Positions 1-18,681 of a stretch of 64,000 nucleotides of DNA are shown here, piece by piece. The notes beneath the pieces are model-generated. The model was given only the letters and a program-made list of their open reading frames with translations, was not told the origin of the DNA and ran no database searches. The first letter of the stretch is position 1. Each line of letters begins with the position of its first letter. The stretch is from Eledone cirrhosa. Taxonomy: Eukaryota. The position numbers were made by a program, and so were the translations under genes. The stretch lies in assembly GCA_964016885.1 (NCBI GenBank), contig OZ024740.1:190960001-191024000 (forward strand), read 5' to 3'.

Positions 1-330
1 TCAACATTGTTTTTTTCTGTCAGCTCTTGTACAGAGATGATTATTAAATTCTATTAGTGTTTTACTTTCTGTTAGAATTATAATAATGTCATCACTAGAA
101 AAGTCTGTATGTTTAGACGCGTAGATAAGTGCTTTATTAAGTAAACTAGGGGTGATAGAGGAGTAATAATTTGCAATATCCATTTGAATGAATTTTTTGT
201 TATGTTTTAATTGTATGTTATTGAACCAATCTATAACTTCATTAGTACCATTCCATAGTTTAAGGTGTGATTTTACTTTAAGTAGTGGTATAATTCTATC
301 TAATGTATATTTGCTAATAATAATTCCATA
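1..330 (-). mobile_element. Naiad-like PLE reverse transcriptase fragment (continues off the window)
   Basis: LKLWNGTNEVIDWF...FIQMDIANYYSSITPSLLNKAL closely matches the RT at 27518-29110. Confidence 0.85.
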
Positions 331-672
331 CTTTTGAAAATGCACTAGACAGTATTGAAGAGATATCGGCTCCGGATTAGGCCCGATCGTAATCGATCTT
401 ACCTTGAGCCGATCGATTGCAAACACGCGTTATGAGGTAAAATTAACTCTACCATGCTAAATCTATACATTATTTCCGCTTACGTATTGCTAGCATTATA
501 GTGTATATTTATTTTAAAACTTGTTGAAGACCATTCGCCATGAATTTTAAAGTGGTGAATATGTCACTTACTTAGTCTGGGCAAATACGAAGGGAAGCAA
601 CCGATGGCCATTTCTCTCTTGTTAATGATTATCAAGATAGCATATCCCTTCGCTGTTTATATATAATCCTTC

Positions 673-824
<152 letters not shown>

Positions 825-1869
825 GTTTGTGTGTTTGCATATCTGTAGAAATATACCTCAAGTTTCAAAGGCACTGATTCCTATTTCTTTGGGAGTTTCG
901 TTAGATTCGTGTTTGACTAATTACCAAACTTACATGGGAACTAAATTTAATTTGTTAGTCAAAATTCCTCAAACTAGAACAGAATACCATGAATTTGTGG
1001 AAGATTTTATGCTGTTATTATCTGAGCACCGAACGACACCTTTAAGATAACGCGGACGTTCACAATGTTGTTTTAGCTGCTTCAACTAACATTTGCTGAC
1101 TTAATATTTAGTCAGTTACACAAATATTCAGAATGCGGAAAGAAATCTCAAAACCTTAATTTTAACTGAAAATCAGTATTTTACCGAAAGCAAAAGAAAG
1201 ATTGAGACTTGTAAAAGATGAAAGCAAAGGTTTAAACTTGAATACTTGGCTTTTAACCAGAAGCAAAATTATTGATTAAATATACAATACTTGCATTCGA
1301 GTGTTGTTTATTCTGAAAATGTTTTCAGCTGTTTCAAAGAATATCGTGAAAAAAACTGAATTAATACCTAAAGGGTTAACACGTAAAATATGAACATTCA
1401 TTGGTTAATATTTTTTAACACTTTACTCAAAAGACATGCATATTATTCTGTAAGCATAATCCTGTAGGCTCTGAAATTTCTCTTCAATGGCTTCTTCTTT
1501 ATATTATAACTAAAACACACAAAAATTGAATTAATCACTTATCATGTGATAATTTCAATTTTATCTTCGAATGCTTCTCTTTACATTCATATAAGTGAAT
1601 AAAACACATTGTCTATGGAATGTTCAATTCCTCATTCGTACGTGAAATATGAATATGCGCACACATATACATATATACGTACACATAGAAAATTATAGAA
1701 ACACGCTAAAATGTTCCAACCAGTAAAAATAAAATATATCTTAGATTCCCTGATGAAAATCACATTAGACTGAAAGTTCTGAACAAACGCTAGATTATAT
1801 TCATTTATACGCATTTGTGAATATTATCCTCATTTAAAATGAATACCCACACATACACACACACATACA

Positions 1870-1933
<64 letters not shown>

Positions 1934-2194
1934 TGTGTGTATGTGTGTGTGTGTGTTTGTGTGTGTGTATGTGTGTCTGTGTGTGTCTGTCTGAGTATGC
2001 GTGTGTGTGTGCATGTGCGCGTATGTGTGTACGTGTGTGTATGTATATATATTTGTATTTATAGATATAGGGTGTAAAATACCTAACTTCGATCACGAAT
2101 GGTCATATGTCTTTCCATTTGAAATACTCCTCCAAAGCACAAAACTAAGCAAGATTTTTTTGAAAGACTAGTAGTCAGCCATGCAATACACATT

Positions 2195-2417
2195 CGGCTC
2201 TCAGCTTCAAACACTCTGTCAAAGAGAAAGGAAAACTCAAAGCCACTTGGCACCAGTGACGGCGCAACATATTTCTAGATTTGAGTGACCTGGAGCTGAG
2301 TGGGAAAATGTGTTTTATACAGTGACACAGCGCGTCTCTCAATCCGGTCCGGTAATCGAACTCGCAACCTCACGTCAATGAATGCAAATCGCTAGATTCT
2401 TCTCCGACTGCCTTCAC
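2195..2417 (-). mobile_element. Degraded tRNA-derived SINE
   Basis: Minus-strand B-box-like GAGTTCGATTACC near 2351-2363; body resembles cephalopod SINEs as recalled, not searched. Confidence 0.55.
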
Positions 2418-2425
2418 TATATATG

Positions 2426-6077
<3,652 letters not shown>

Positions 6078-6079
6078 GA

Positions 6080-7037
6080 GATATTCATTAGTTAAGCAAA
6101 ACAAGACCACACATTTCACAAGGAAGATATTATTAAAAGTTTGTCAACATATTTGAGTTTGATGTAAGTAATGTAGAGAATAATAATAACAATATTAATA
6201 ATAATAATGTCCGTTTACAATTGTTTCGCTCCTCCATATAATATTTCTGGATCAAATGACTATATATCATTATTGATCTGGTTCAGTTGAAAATAATTAA
6301 CATATTTAAAGACAGAGCGGCTCATCGGAACTTCACAGAAATATAAATTAAAATAAGGAAAGCATGTTACATAATGTAATTTTCCATATATTGGTATTTC
6401 CCTCTGGTGCCCTTGGTGTATCAATTGTCCATTGGCAGCCATATTGTTACACATAGGCAGATCTCACACAATGCAGCCTCGACAGATGAATACTGCTTGA
6501 TTATGGCAGACAATTGATACACCCAGGACACCATAGTGAAATAACAATATATGGAACATTACAATATGTAACATTCTTTCCTTATTTTAATTTATATTCC
6601 TTTGAAGTTCCGTTGAGCCGCTCTGTCTTTAAATATGTTAATTATTTTCAACTGAACCAGATCAGTTATGATATATAGTCTTTCGATCCAGAAATATTAT
6701 ATGGAGTAGCGAAACAATTGTAAACGGACATTATTTTTAATAATATTATTATTATTATTCTCTACATTCCTTACATGAAACTAAAATATGTTGACAATAT
6801 TTTAATAATATCTTCCTTATGAAAGTTGTGGTCTTGTTTTGCTTAACTAATGAATATTTCCAGCTCTGCGCGCTTAACTTCTGCATGAACCCAGCCACCT
6901 AGCTGCTTTCCACTGGATATTGCACATTGAGCACACGCCTTTACGCTTTGGTTTCTATCTAATTCACCAATCTCTCCTCTCCTATCTCCTCTCCTATCTC
7001 CATCTCTCTCTTTAATATTGGTTACTCTTGAACTGTG
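6080..7037. mobile_element. Non-coding fold-back element: arms ~6081-6429 and ~6509-6856, then a tail
   Basis: Diverged inverted arms flanked by TA tracts; possible degenerate HHR (CCGATGAG...GCGAAAC). Confidence 0.8.
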
Positions 7038-7408
7038 TATATATATATATACATATATATAAAATATATATATTTACATATACATAAACTACACAGAGCC
7101 TATATATATGTGTGTTTTTGGCAACAATTCACGGTGTGGCTCAATGACGAATTAATTAATTAAATAATCAACAATCAGAGCAATATAAAAGAATGTACGT
7201 CCATAGAATCATTTCATAAAATATATACAGTATTTCCTCTCCCAATCAACAATAGATAAATTAACGATAGCTATTTTATCCGCGATCAACAGCCACATAA
7301 TATTTACCCAGTATTTCTAATAACCCGTGGAAATCGATTAGATACATAGCCAACCATACACAATTAGGTACCAAATCGAAGTTAGAAGAAAAAATGAATA
7401 TAAGCAAA

Positions 7409-7506
<98 letters not shown>

Positions 7507-7513
7507 TGTGTGT

Positions 7514-7549
<36 letters not shown>

Positions 7550-8029
7550 ACGTGTGTACGTGTGTGTATGCGTATATATAGAACAGTGTCTAGAGTTTGA
7601 ATTTTTTATTCTAAAAGAATAATTAATATTTACATTTCAAACATATTTTCTTGTTTTCTTCTGCTTTTTTTAGTTTGCTGTCTCCCCTGTGTTTGTTTTC
7701 CTAATTTTATTATCATTAATTTGTGACGAACATGTTCTCCCTCTCCCTACACTAATTTCAAAGGTTTACACATTTGACGACTTTTTTAAAAAGGTACTTT
7801 AATTCTTTTTGGGATTGTTCCTCCTCTTCTTACTTTACCTCTTCATCATTACTATAAAAAGCAACATACCTTCTCCTAGGCGAATAAAAGTGTCTGTATA
7901 CCTGTTTTGTCTTAAATGGTATAATGTATTGTTACGTCTTGACTTGTACTCCACGCACAGTAGTATGAAATGTTTCAGACGCTGTGACACAGGAGTAGTG
8001 TCGGTAAGCCTTAAAACCGCCAAGGTCCA

Positions 8030-8319
8030 TTATTATTATTAATATTATTATTATTTTTCTCTACATTCCTTACATCAAACTAAAATATGTTGACAATCTT
8101 TTAATAATGTCTTCCTTGTGAAATGTGTGGTCTTGTTTAGCTTAACTAATGAATATTTCCAGCTCTGCGCAACTAACTTCTGCATGAACACAGCCACCTA
8201 GCTGTTTTCTACTGCATATTGCACATTGAGCACATACCTTTACGCTTTTGCTTCTAACTAACTCACCAATCTCTCCTCTTATATCTCCTCTACTATCTCC
8301 ATCTCTCTCTTTAAGATTG

Positions 8320-8324
<5 letters not shown>
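8030..8324 (+). repeat. Second copy of the right end and tail of the 6080-7037 family
   Basis: Aligns by eye with ~6735-7022 and ends at (TA)n. Confidence 0.85.
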
Positions 8325-8392
<68 letters not shown>

Positions 8393-8395
<3 letters not shown>

Positions 8396-8680
8396 AGGTC
8401 ACCAATTAGTGCTACTGGTAATATGTATCCCAGTACAACATGTCTCATGGCCGGGTCGTTGGCGACTAAACTGGCAACCCCACCAAGGTTTCTTGGTGAG
8501 GAGGGTGACTTTGGACATCCTGCAGGACTAAAATCAAAACCTGTCAAAGGGCAAAGGATCTCTTAAGAGTCAATGGCCATCCAAAATCACCGGGAGAGAT
8601 GATCCCTTAGCCTTTGTCAAGGCAGAATTCTAGGAGAAGGAAAACTCTGATATAGCACCTGCAACCCTGATGGTATCTAA
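8393..8680 (+). mobile_element. Possible RTE-clade LINE 5' UTR fragment with a structured 5' hairpin
   Basis: TGCCAG/CTGGCA and GTCACCA/TGGCGAC pairings; CTAGGAGAAGGAAAACTCTGA motif recalled from RTE 5' UTRs. Confidence 0.35.
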
Positions 8681-9070
8681 TGATGTTGACTTGTTCTTCT
8701 TTTTGGTAAATATCATATTGGTTAAGAGAGTGGGACTGGCTTTGTGCAGTGCCTTTTCTCACTATAAAAGTTTCACGGCACAGGCATTGCTTTATATCTG
8801 GAGATCTCTCTGCACTTGTCATCACATGGTACAATGGTCCCAGCACTATGTGTCAGTAATTGTCACATGTGTAGTGTTTGTACCAGAGTTTTCAAGACGC
8901 TGGCTGGACTAAAAAGTTACACTCGCTCAGCGCATCAGTCGGGGTTCTCCTACATGGATATGAAGTAGTGGCCGTACTCGAAAACCAGTGGGCAGCCACC
9001 ATATATATATATATATATATATATAGTGAGGAAACATAAGTCAATTGCATGAATTCTTAATCCTTTATTT

Positions 9071-9126
9071 ACTGCTATATATATTTCGATGATAGACATT
9101 CAATGGCTATGACCTCATCAGGCAGT
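9071..9126 (-). ncRNA. Minimal type I hammerhead ribozyme
   Basis: ACTGC-CTGATGA-GGTCATAG...CTATCATC-GAAA-TATATA-TA-GCAGT followed by AAATAAA. Confidence 0.85.
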
Positions 9127-9196
9127 TAGTCAATTCTTAGATATGCCAGCTCTGTGTTTATAGTGTTGATGGTATCAGAGCCTTGGGACTTGTCAT

Positions 9197-9290
<94 letters not shown>

Positions 9291-10139
9291 TATATATATA
9301 CCCGTAGAGCAAACATTTTTTTATCAGTTCAAATAAAAAAAATTTAAGAAATTAATTGCAGCTATTATCATGTGTGGAGTAAGCTGAAACTGAGAAAAAT
9401 CAATATGGACATGTCTACACCGCCGATCCTTCTGCAAATTTCTAGATGATGTAGAATATGCTAAGTACGTGCAAAAACAGATAAACATAGATCTAAACGC
9501 CTCAAAATATATAACCCACATTATATTATGAAATGGACCGAATCAATATCTAGGGCATTCCTTACTCTAATTAGGAATCATTTCTCTTAACGACATACAT
9601 TTCACAAGATTATTAATAGTTAGAAATCTCCCAGCTTCGCACAAAACATCACTGCATCTAACTTAGCGAAAAAACATAGTCGTCGTAATATAAACAATAT
9701 TCTAGTTAGTTCTGGCTGAAACTGTATAAATAGGGACTACTGCTCTCTAGCTGGGGAATGCCTAGTAAGCAATAAATGTAAGGATGGAACAGCAGCCAGT
9801 AGCAAGGCTCCCTGAGAGTTAACAGCTAATACATTTAAGCAGCCTGTATACTCGTGTGGATTTCTAACCGATTCAGAAGGAATGCGACTTTACCCTCGGC
9901 CAAATTCTGGAGTTTAAGATATAATAAAAACCGATATACTTTACCCTGGGATATATATCAAATAAACAGATCCTTAAAAGGAAATAAAAGACATTGTGAT
10001 CTTCGTGTTCCTGAGGCCTTGGAAATCCTATAAGCTAAGAATGTATTTTAAACTAATAATCTTAGAAAATGTTGGCATGTAAACATAAATTGTATAAAAC
10101 ATCCTTCTATACAGTTCAATTTTATAACTTGGAAGATAG

Positions 10140-10456
10140 TATGGACACTATGATATGGTAGCTGACATATAAACATCTCACTATCCAGACAGCTTCCAAA
10201 AATAATGGTCGCTTCTAATAGGGTACGTCAAAATTATTTATAAAACTGTTTATATATTGTATTTTATCTGACGAAGGCATGCCTTTTTTTAATTTGGTAT
10301 CCCAGAAATATGTATAATGAAATAAATATGGTTTTATAAATATAGTTTCCATTTATTTAATATTGTATATCTACTCCAAAATCTTGTCGACTGCTTTATA
10401 TCAGTTATAAAATATTTGCTTGTTGTATCCCAACAATTTTAAATAAAACTTTTGCA
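10140..10456 (+). mobile_element. Naiad-like PLE 3' end (HHR 10261-10324 plus long tail)
   Basis: Homologous to 29840-30063 and to 44176-44470 reverse-complemented; CTGACGAAGGC...CCCAGAAATATGTATA. Confidence 0.85.
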
Positions 10457-10471
10457 TATATATATATATAT

Positions 10472-11845
<1,374 letters not shown>

Positions 11846-11862
11846 TATATGTGTGTGTGTGT

Positions 11863-12220
11863 ATATTATTCAGAATATTAATAAATGTAGACATTCCAAA
11901 AATAAAAATATATGTTTTATTATATGTATTTCGAATGTACTGTGGTGTTTTTTCTGCCAATAATAGAATTGAACAATCAAGACCGTTGAGGTATGTCATA
12001 CATCAATTCCTGTATTTTATCCGACGAGGACGTACTGAAAAAACAGCACAGTACCTTCGAAATATATATAATAAAACATATTTTGATTATGTGAATGTCT
12101 TCATTTATTAATATTCTGAATAATATTAATAATTCCAGAAAACTATTTTGTAGAGTGATATTAATCTATTGTAAAACTATATTCATTGAGTAATCAATGA
12201 ACCATATTAATCTTTGGTCA
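11863..12220. mobile_element. Mini fold-back element with degenerate HHR (12015-12076 plus)
   Basis: Arms ~11863-11953 and ~12037-12126; TTTTAT-CCGACGA...GTACTG/CAGTAC...GAAATATATATA-ATAAAA. Confidence 0.75.
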
Positions 12221-12224
12221 TATA

Positions 12225-12305
<81 letters not shown>

Positions 12306-12309
<4 letters not shown>

Positions 12310-12680
12310 TTTATCAAAATGAAAATCCGAAGGCAAGGTAAAGTTCCAATCATTTAATCACGACACATGTTTCAATAAGAGATAGGTCGATTGTGAAGCC
12401 ATGATCGATTATCACGGATCTCATCAGGTGAAAATGAATTGTCTTCAAATTTTTGATTTGAGGTAGAAAAATAACGATGTTCTCTCACAGAATTCATTCC
12501 CTCATATGTTCAGATCAGTGATAATCGATCATGGCTTCACAATCGATCTACCTCTTATTGAAACATGTGTCGTCATTAAATGATTGAAATTTTACCTTGC
12601 CTTCGGATTTTCATTTTAATACTTATACTCCGTTTTACATCATCTAGCTGTTCCCTTGAATGGAATTGGAGATATACAAA
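12306..12680. mobile_element. Mini fold-back element with HHR-like motif (~12357-12428 minus)
   Basis: Arms ~12306-12422 and ~12512-12622; CTGATGAGAT...GAAACATGTGTC. Confidence 0.75.
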
Positions 12681-12761
12681 AGCGTGGAAGAGTTAATATT
12701 GGTAACATAAAGTTATTGGACCATTTTACACAACCAATAATGCACCTTACTATATAACAAC

Positions 12762-12883
<122 letters not shown>

Positions 12884-13038
12884 TATAGAATCGGTGGTTT
12901 CGCCCTTAAAAGCAGCGATTCCTTGCTTGAACTTTAATCTGTTCCTATAATAAATATTTGCTCTACGGGTTTATATATAATGTATACATATATAATCCTT
13001 ATCGTGCCCTCTTCGGATTTTAGTCTTCACATTATTAT

Positions 13039-13094
<56 letters not shown>

Positions 13095-13096
<2 letters not shown>

Positions 13097-13412
13097 ACAA
13101 GGGCACCATTAACGTCAAAAGATGGGAACGTGCGCAACAAAGATCCAGCAGGTACTATGAGTCGTTAGACTGAACATTCTAAAGATCTGTTTCACAATCC
13201 ATCTGTAGTTGATGAGGACAATAGGAATGGACTGGGCAAAGGGAGACGGAACAGAAATGACGAATGACCCACATTTTAATGAGATAAGGGTTACTATCAA
13301 AGAGGTAAACTTAGGGAAAGCTCCAGGCTTGGGTGGAAAACCTGTTGAGCTAATTCGCTTTGGAGGAGATAATGTTGCCATGGTCATTCTTGGGCTAGTT
13401 GTATCTGTATGA
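13095..13412 (+). mobile_element. RTE-like LINE fragment (endonuclease-RT linker)
   Basis: PLTSKDG...EHSKDLFHNPS...PHFNEIRVTIKEVNLGKAPGLGG.PVEL. Confidence 0.65.
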
Positions 13413-13539
13413 CATGGTGGGACCTGGCGATAGACATGAGCGATAATGCTTCTTTTTCTTTACACATCATGAGGGTGGCGACAATGTGCAGACGACTCTC
13501 TGGCTGGATCTCGAGGATTTTCAAGACAAGAGACCGTGA

Positions 13540-14120
13540 CACCAGATTGATATGATGGAGGGCATGTTTCCTTATGCACCTGGACTACTGCTCCCAGTTT
13601 GGATCACCCCATAGTATCAAGCTAGCCAAGGAGCTTTAGGCAATCCAACGAAACTACACAAAGACGATTGCCACGATGAGGGTGATGAGCCATTGGAAGA
13701 GGTTACAGGAACTGAAACTCTACTCCATGGAACGGAGATGGGAGAGCTACGCAGTGATATACATACAGAACATCCTGTGGAGACTACCAGCAAACGTTGG
13801 AATTGAGAGCTGGACCAACCCCCGAACAGGACGTCATTGCGTGGTGCCAAATGTCCCGTCTTTCATATCTAGAATAAAGAGCAGATATTACAATAACCTA
13901 GGGTTCAAAGGCCCTCAACTTTTCAACAAGCTGCCAAGAACTGTGAGAGATCTGCTCGGTGTGGACGTGGAAGTTTTCACGAAACATCTCGACACCCTAC
14001 TATCCAGGATCCCGGATGACCCCACAGCCCGGTACGAATGTAAGCTAAGGACAGCAGTAACGAACTCGTTTTTACACCAATGGCCAGCCAACACAAGCTG
14101 GAGATGGATTGTGTAGCAAC
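13540..14120 (+). mobile_element. CR1-group LINE 3' fragment
   Basis: LDYCSQ...HWKRLQELKLYSMERR...GPQLFNKLP...FTKHLDTLLSRIPDDP. Confidence 0.75.
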
Positions 14121-14591
14121 AAGGGCGGTGCTGCTTCAGCATGACCTCAACCGGATGTCTGGAGTAGGCAAAAAAGTAAAAGTGTAACATAGTATATAGA
14201 TATATATCAATAACACCAGCATGATAGTGATTCAAATAAATTAAAGGGACCAATTTCTGGTTCTGCATATATCGTGAGATAAAGTAATCATGTATGGAAG
14301 TAAATAGATATAAATATATATGTGAGTGAGTGTGTGTGGGGGTGGGGGTATGTGTGTGAGTATATGTGTGCGTGTGTGTGTGTGCGTGTATTTTTGTGTA
14401 TGCGTGTTTGTGCTTCTGTATCTGTTTAGGAGTACATCAGTGTATGTGTGTGTACATGGCGAAATAATCATATAAGTATGCATTTATAAGTTTGGCTATT
14501 GATGCATTATGTATAAAATATTATTCATACGCGTGTATTAAATAAACCTGTTCATGTAAACTAACTGATCCTTCTTTACTTCCTCGCTTTG

Positions 14592-14622
<31 letters not shown>

Positions 14623-14629
<7 letters not shown>

Positions 14630-15169
14630 AAGTAAAATAAAAATTCAAATGTTTAAAATTTAGCTTCGTTTATTACTGCTATATATATTTCGGTGATAGC
14701 CATCTTTGGCTGTGACCTCTTCAGGCAGTCCGAATTAGTGTGGTATAGACAAGTACATATGTTGTTGAGGTGTATAATTTTGTCAATACACTGATATGCC
14801 CAGTTCCTGGTTGGGTTGTTATTTCACTGAGGAACTGGAATCATATGGAATCATATATGATTCCAGTTCCTCAGTGAAATAACAACCCAACCAGGAACTG
14901 GGCATATCAGTGTATTGACAAAATTATACACCTCAACAACATATGTACTTGTCTATACCACACTAATTCGGACTGCCTGAAGAGGTCACAGCGAAAGATG
15001 GCTGTCACCGAAATGTATATAGCAGTAATAAACGAAGCTAAATTTTAAACATTTGACTTTTAATTCTACTTTATTTTACATTACTCCGGAGTAACCAAAC
15101 CAACCTGCGCACTTCGTCGAGTGCTCCAGACTGCATACTCGGGTGTTGGTATACAACCAACATATACTC

Positions 15170-15173
<4 letters not shown>
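14623..15173. mobile_element. Near-perfect ~455 bp hairpin element with two HHRs (14675-14729 minus, 14972-15026 plus) and a 95 nt tail
   Basis: Arms 14623-14846 and 14857-15078; ACTGC-CTGAAGA-GGT...ACC-GAAA-TGTATA-TA-GCAGT-AATAAA. Confidence 0.9.
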
Positions 15174-15265
<92 letters not shown>

Positions 15266-15309
15266 TGAAAAAGAACAAAGGAACTATTATGACATTATAA
15301 CAAGTGTAT

Positions 15310-15356
15310 TGCCGAAAGCCGTTTCGTCCGACCATATGGTGAGACTTTTCAAGGCA
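15310..15356 (-). ncRNA. Hammerhead variant with U3:A8 core, degenerate stem III
   Basis: TGCC-TTGAAAA-GTC...GAC-GAAA-CGGCTT-TC-GGCA. Confidence 0.6.
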
Positions 15357-16596
15357 TATAACAGGTGATTGTAAGTTCATTATTTACATCAACGTTTCAC
15401 TCAAGATTAGCAGTTTGAAATGGTGGTATACATCAACAACTTAGCTTGTATATTTGGGGTCTATATTCTAAGGGGGCTCTTTTATATTAGTTGTAGGAAT
15501 TGTAAAATGGATGGGTTATAGGGAGTTAAGATAATTTGAAAAGGGCCTAAGAGTTAGGGATTGAAGGTTAAAAATTAGAGAATTTATAAGTTACGCGTTA
15601 AAAGTAAAAGACTTGGGATCTCGTAGAAGCACCTTAAAAAAACCCTCAGTAAGTGCATAAAGCTTATAAGCCCCAATAAACCTAACAAACCAGAAGAGAT
15701 TAAGAGACTAAAAAATTAAAAAATAAAAAAAATAAAAAAATAAAAATATAAAGTTTCCTAAAAAATATATAGTTTCCTAAAAAATTCCTTCAAAAAAAAA
15801 AAAAAATTTTCTAAGAGATCTCGTTAAAAAATTTCAGAAAATTTACGAAGTTTTGATAATCCCTACTAGAGTTCTAAACTTAGAAATTAAAAATTAAAAA
15901 TTAAAAATTAGGGAAAAGAACTTTCAATAAAATTTGGCAGGTTAATAAAATTAATGATTTAGGGAGTAAATAATATAAATATTAAGATTTAAGTTAGGAT
16001 TTGAATTTTAAGAGTTCCAAACCCCGAAATTAAAAAAATTAATGCATTTAAGATTAAGCACTCTTATATATCCATGATTAAAAATTAATGATTAAGGGGT
16101 TGAACATTAAATTTAATTTTAAAAATTAAGAAATAAATAGTTGAAAGAAATTAATCAATTAAAGGTTAATTCAAAAAGCCTTCAAACAATTCCTCAGAAA
16201 AGGCCCCTTTAATATTTGTAATAAGAACCTCTTCCGAAAGACCCTTCAAAGAATTAAAATTTTAGAGAGCCTTTAAAGATATATATAAATGAATTGAGGA
16301 AAATTACAAATTAAAAGTTAAAAATTACGGGATTTGGTAGATCCGAGGAATTTTCAAAGGGCTGCTTCAACAGATACAACTTAGGTATAATAGATAAAGT
16401 AATTTAAGTAATTTACGTAATCTAATTAAGGAGCAATTCAAAGAGCTTATCAAGTTGGGCAAGATTAAAGAAAAGGATAAGTAAGAAAATATATAAGCAA
16501 AAAGACAATAATTATAAAATTTATTTTTAAGAAGGTAAAAGGTAGCTTCAGTAATCTAATAATGTACTATCAAAAAATTATTATAAAATTATTAAT

Positions 16597-16850
16597 ATAG
16601 GATTAACAAAGACATAATAATATATTCCTGCCTAATTAACAAATAATCAATAAACAATTAACAGTCAAGCAAAATTTGCTCAGGGATATCCCACGCTCGG
16701 ATACTTTACACACATACAGCAACACATAGGATTAACAAAGACATAATGGTATATTCCTGCCTAATTAACAAACAATCAATAAACAATTAACAGTCAAGTA
16801 AATTTACTCAGGGATATCCCACGCACGGATAATTTACACACATACAGCAA
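16597..16850. repeat. Two tandem copies of a ~129 bp unit
   Basis: ATAGGATTAACAAAGACATAAT...CACATACAGCAA repeated. Confidence 0.9.
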
Positions 16851-18204
16851 GATGAACAATACAGGTGACCTTGTGGGTACGATATCCATTGTGCGCATGC
16901 AGTCATCTGCATAGCTCCAGGCACAGTTGGTCTTGTTTAAAAGTTCCGAGTTCACGAATCAACTGGGATTCACTATCAGCTGTGTGGACTCTCTGGGAAA
17001 TGTACCCGTGGATCAAATAGCTAGTGGTCGCAGGGTGTGGTTCGTTCGATCTTTTAGTTTCGGGGATTGCACGCGTTTGCGATAGATCAGCCTGCCGGTT
17101 CTAAATCCAAGGTCTCGCTGTATAGGATGTATTGGTGTACATGATATATTGGTAAAAAAAAGTCCAGTATGGACTTGACTGGGGTGGTATATTGCGTCTC
17201 TCGCTAATATCCCCTCCTCTCACGAACTCCAAGCACACACGCGACTGGTCAAATGCTAAGGGCTGTTCCCTCTTTGTTTGTTGTAGGGGTCGGTTCTAGC
17301 TTAGATGGCGGTCGTGTTATCCATATTCCGTCAGCCATGCATATTCAAGACAGATCAGGGTATATATTAGCGGGTATGGTCCAGCGTCTACGCTATCCAA
17401 AGGGTCTCTCTTGAGGTATTTTCAAATTCGCATGTCATCTCCCGGTTAATTCTGCGCATGCTTCGGTGAATCTCGTGCATGGAATCTTGAGGTATCATAT
17501 TACACGGGGTGACTAGCAGAAAATATATATTCCATGTTATCGCGCACGCGCTGGCCTGTGGCTACGACCATGTCAAGTCTCGGGTAGTAGCAGACAGCAG
17601 GTAGGCCAGCAAGACACACCCTTGTTCAAGGGGCACAACCCCTAACTTATCGAGTGGTCAGACATCAAGGGAGTCAACTCTCCAAGCCCATTATGTCAAC
17701 CGTGGTAATATACAAAAAAATCCCTATTAATAAAGTACTAACTCAAAAAAACACAAAAAAAAACACTATTAATAAAGAACTAACTCAAAATAAATGAATG
17801 GGGGAGAATGGGGTGGGACATCTATTTGGGCGGGGGTTTACTAGGGGCGGGGGGTGTTGATTGGTTATAGGCAGGGAGCGGCCACTATATTGGGTGTTCT
17901 GCTACTGTTTCCTTGGGAAAATTCCCGAATTTGTTGATATGCATCTCCGACGGCACCTCGCCAGACCAGTCAACGTGGGTCCAGGCACTCGCAATGTCCC
18001 ACACCGCCGGCTTCAGCTGCCCCCAGCGCGCCCAGCAACAATGCTGCCACCAATCCCAAATTGGCAAGTGGGACACAGGGTCGACTGTTCCTCACCAGAG
18101 TCCCCATCGGCAATCGGGCATCAATGTGGGCGGGGTTACTCAAGAGCACTCTATTCGCCAGCCATGTGCGGGACAGCCATGTGCGGGACAGGGTGGGGTC
18201 AGAG

Positions 18205-18681
18205 TTAGGTGTCTGGTCTGAAGAAAAAGAAAGAGCTAAGTATAGTATGGGGGCAGAACGAGAAGATGTCTGACCTCCTGTTGAGCAAGTTGAGTCCTGA
18301 GAATACTATGGCATGAGATTCAGTTAGGCACAAGCTACAAAACCTGCTCAACGAGCTATATGGAGGAGCTTTAGTAAGGCATCTCCAGCTTAGTGTGTAG
18401 GGGGGTTTTGCTTGTTTTAAGTTATGTATGTGTCCCGCTAACGACGTGGTATTTTTAAGCTTCTCATTTCGGAAGCTATGCTGGTGGGCGTTGAATCTCG
18501 TATTGAAGTGGTTAGCGGTTGACCCCACATACGTCTTAGTATACGTGTCTGTGGTTACGTTACAAGCATATACTATGTTCCTAATAAGGCAGTGTCCAGC
18601 TAGTGGGTATTTGTCTTTCCGTCTGCAATTACACTTTCTAATAGGGTCATGCTCCTCAATCAGGTGTGCATGTCCCTCCAA
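18205..18681 (-). pseudogene. Naiad-type GIY-YIG endonuclease domain
   Basis: KCNCRRKDKYPLAGHCLIRNIVY...YVGST...RFNAH...CSLC...CPH. Confidence 0.85.

Noticed and set aside
830-1800. Host exon or piggyBac-like end (AAGGGTTAA at ~1371-1379)
   Set aside because: No matching opposite end, recognisable protein motif or supportable splice structure
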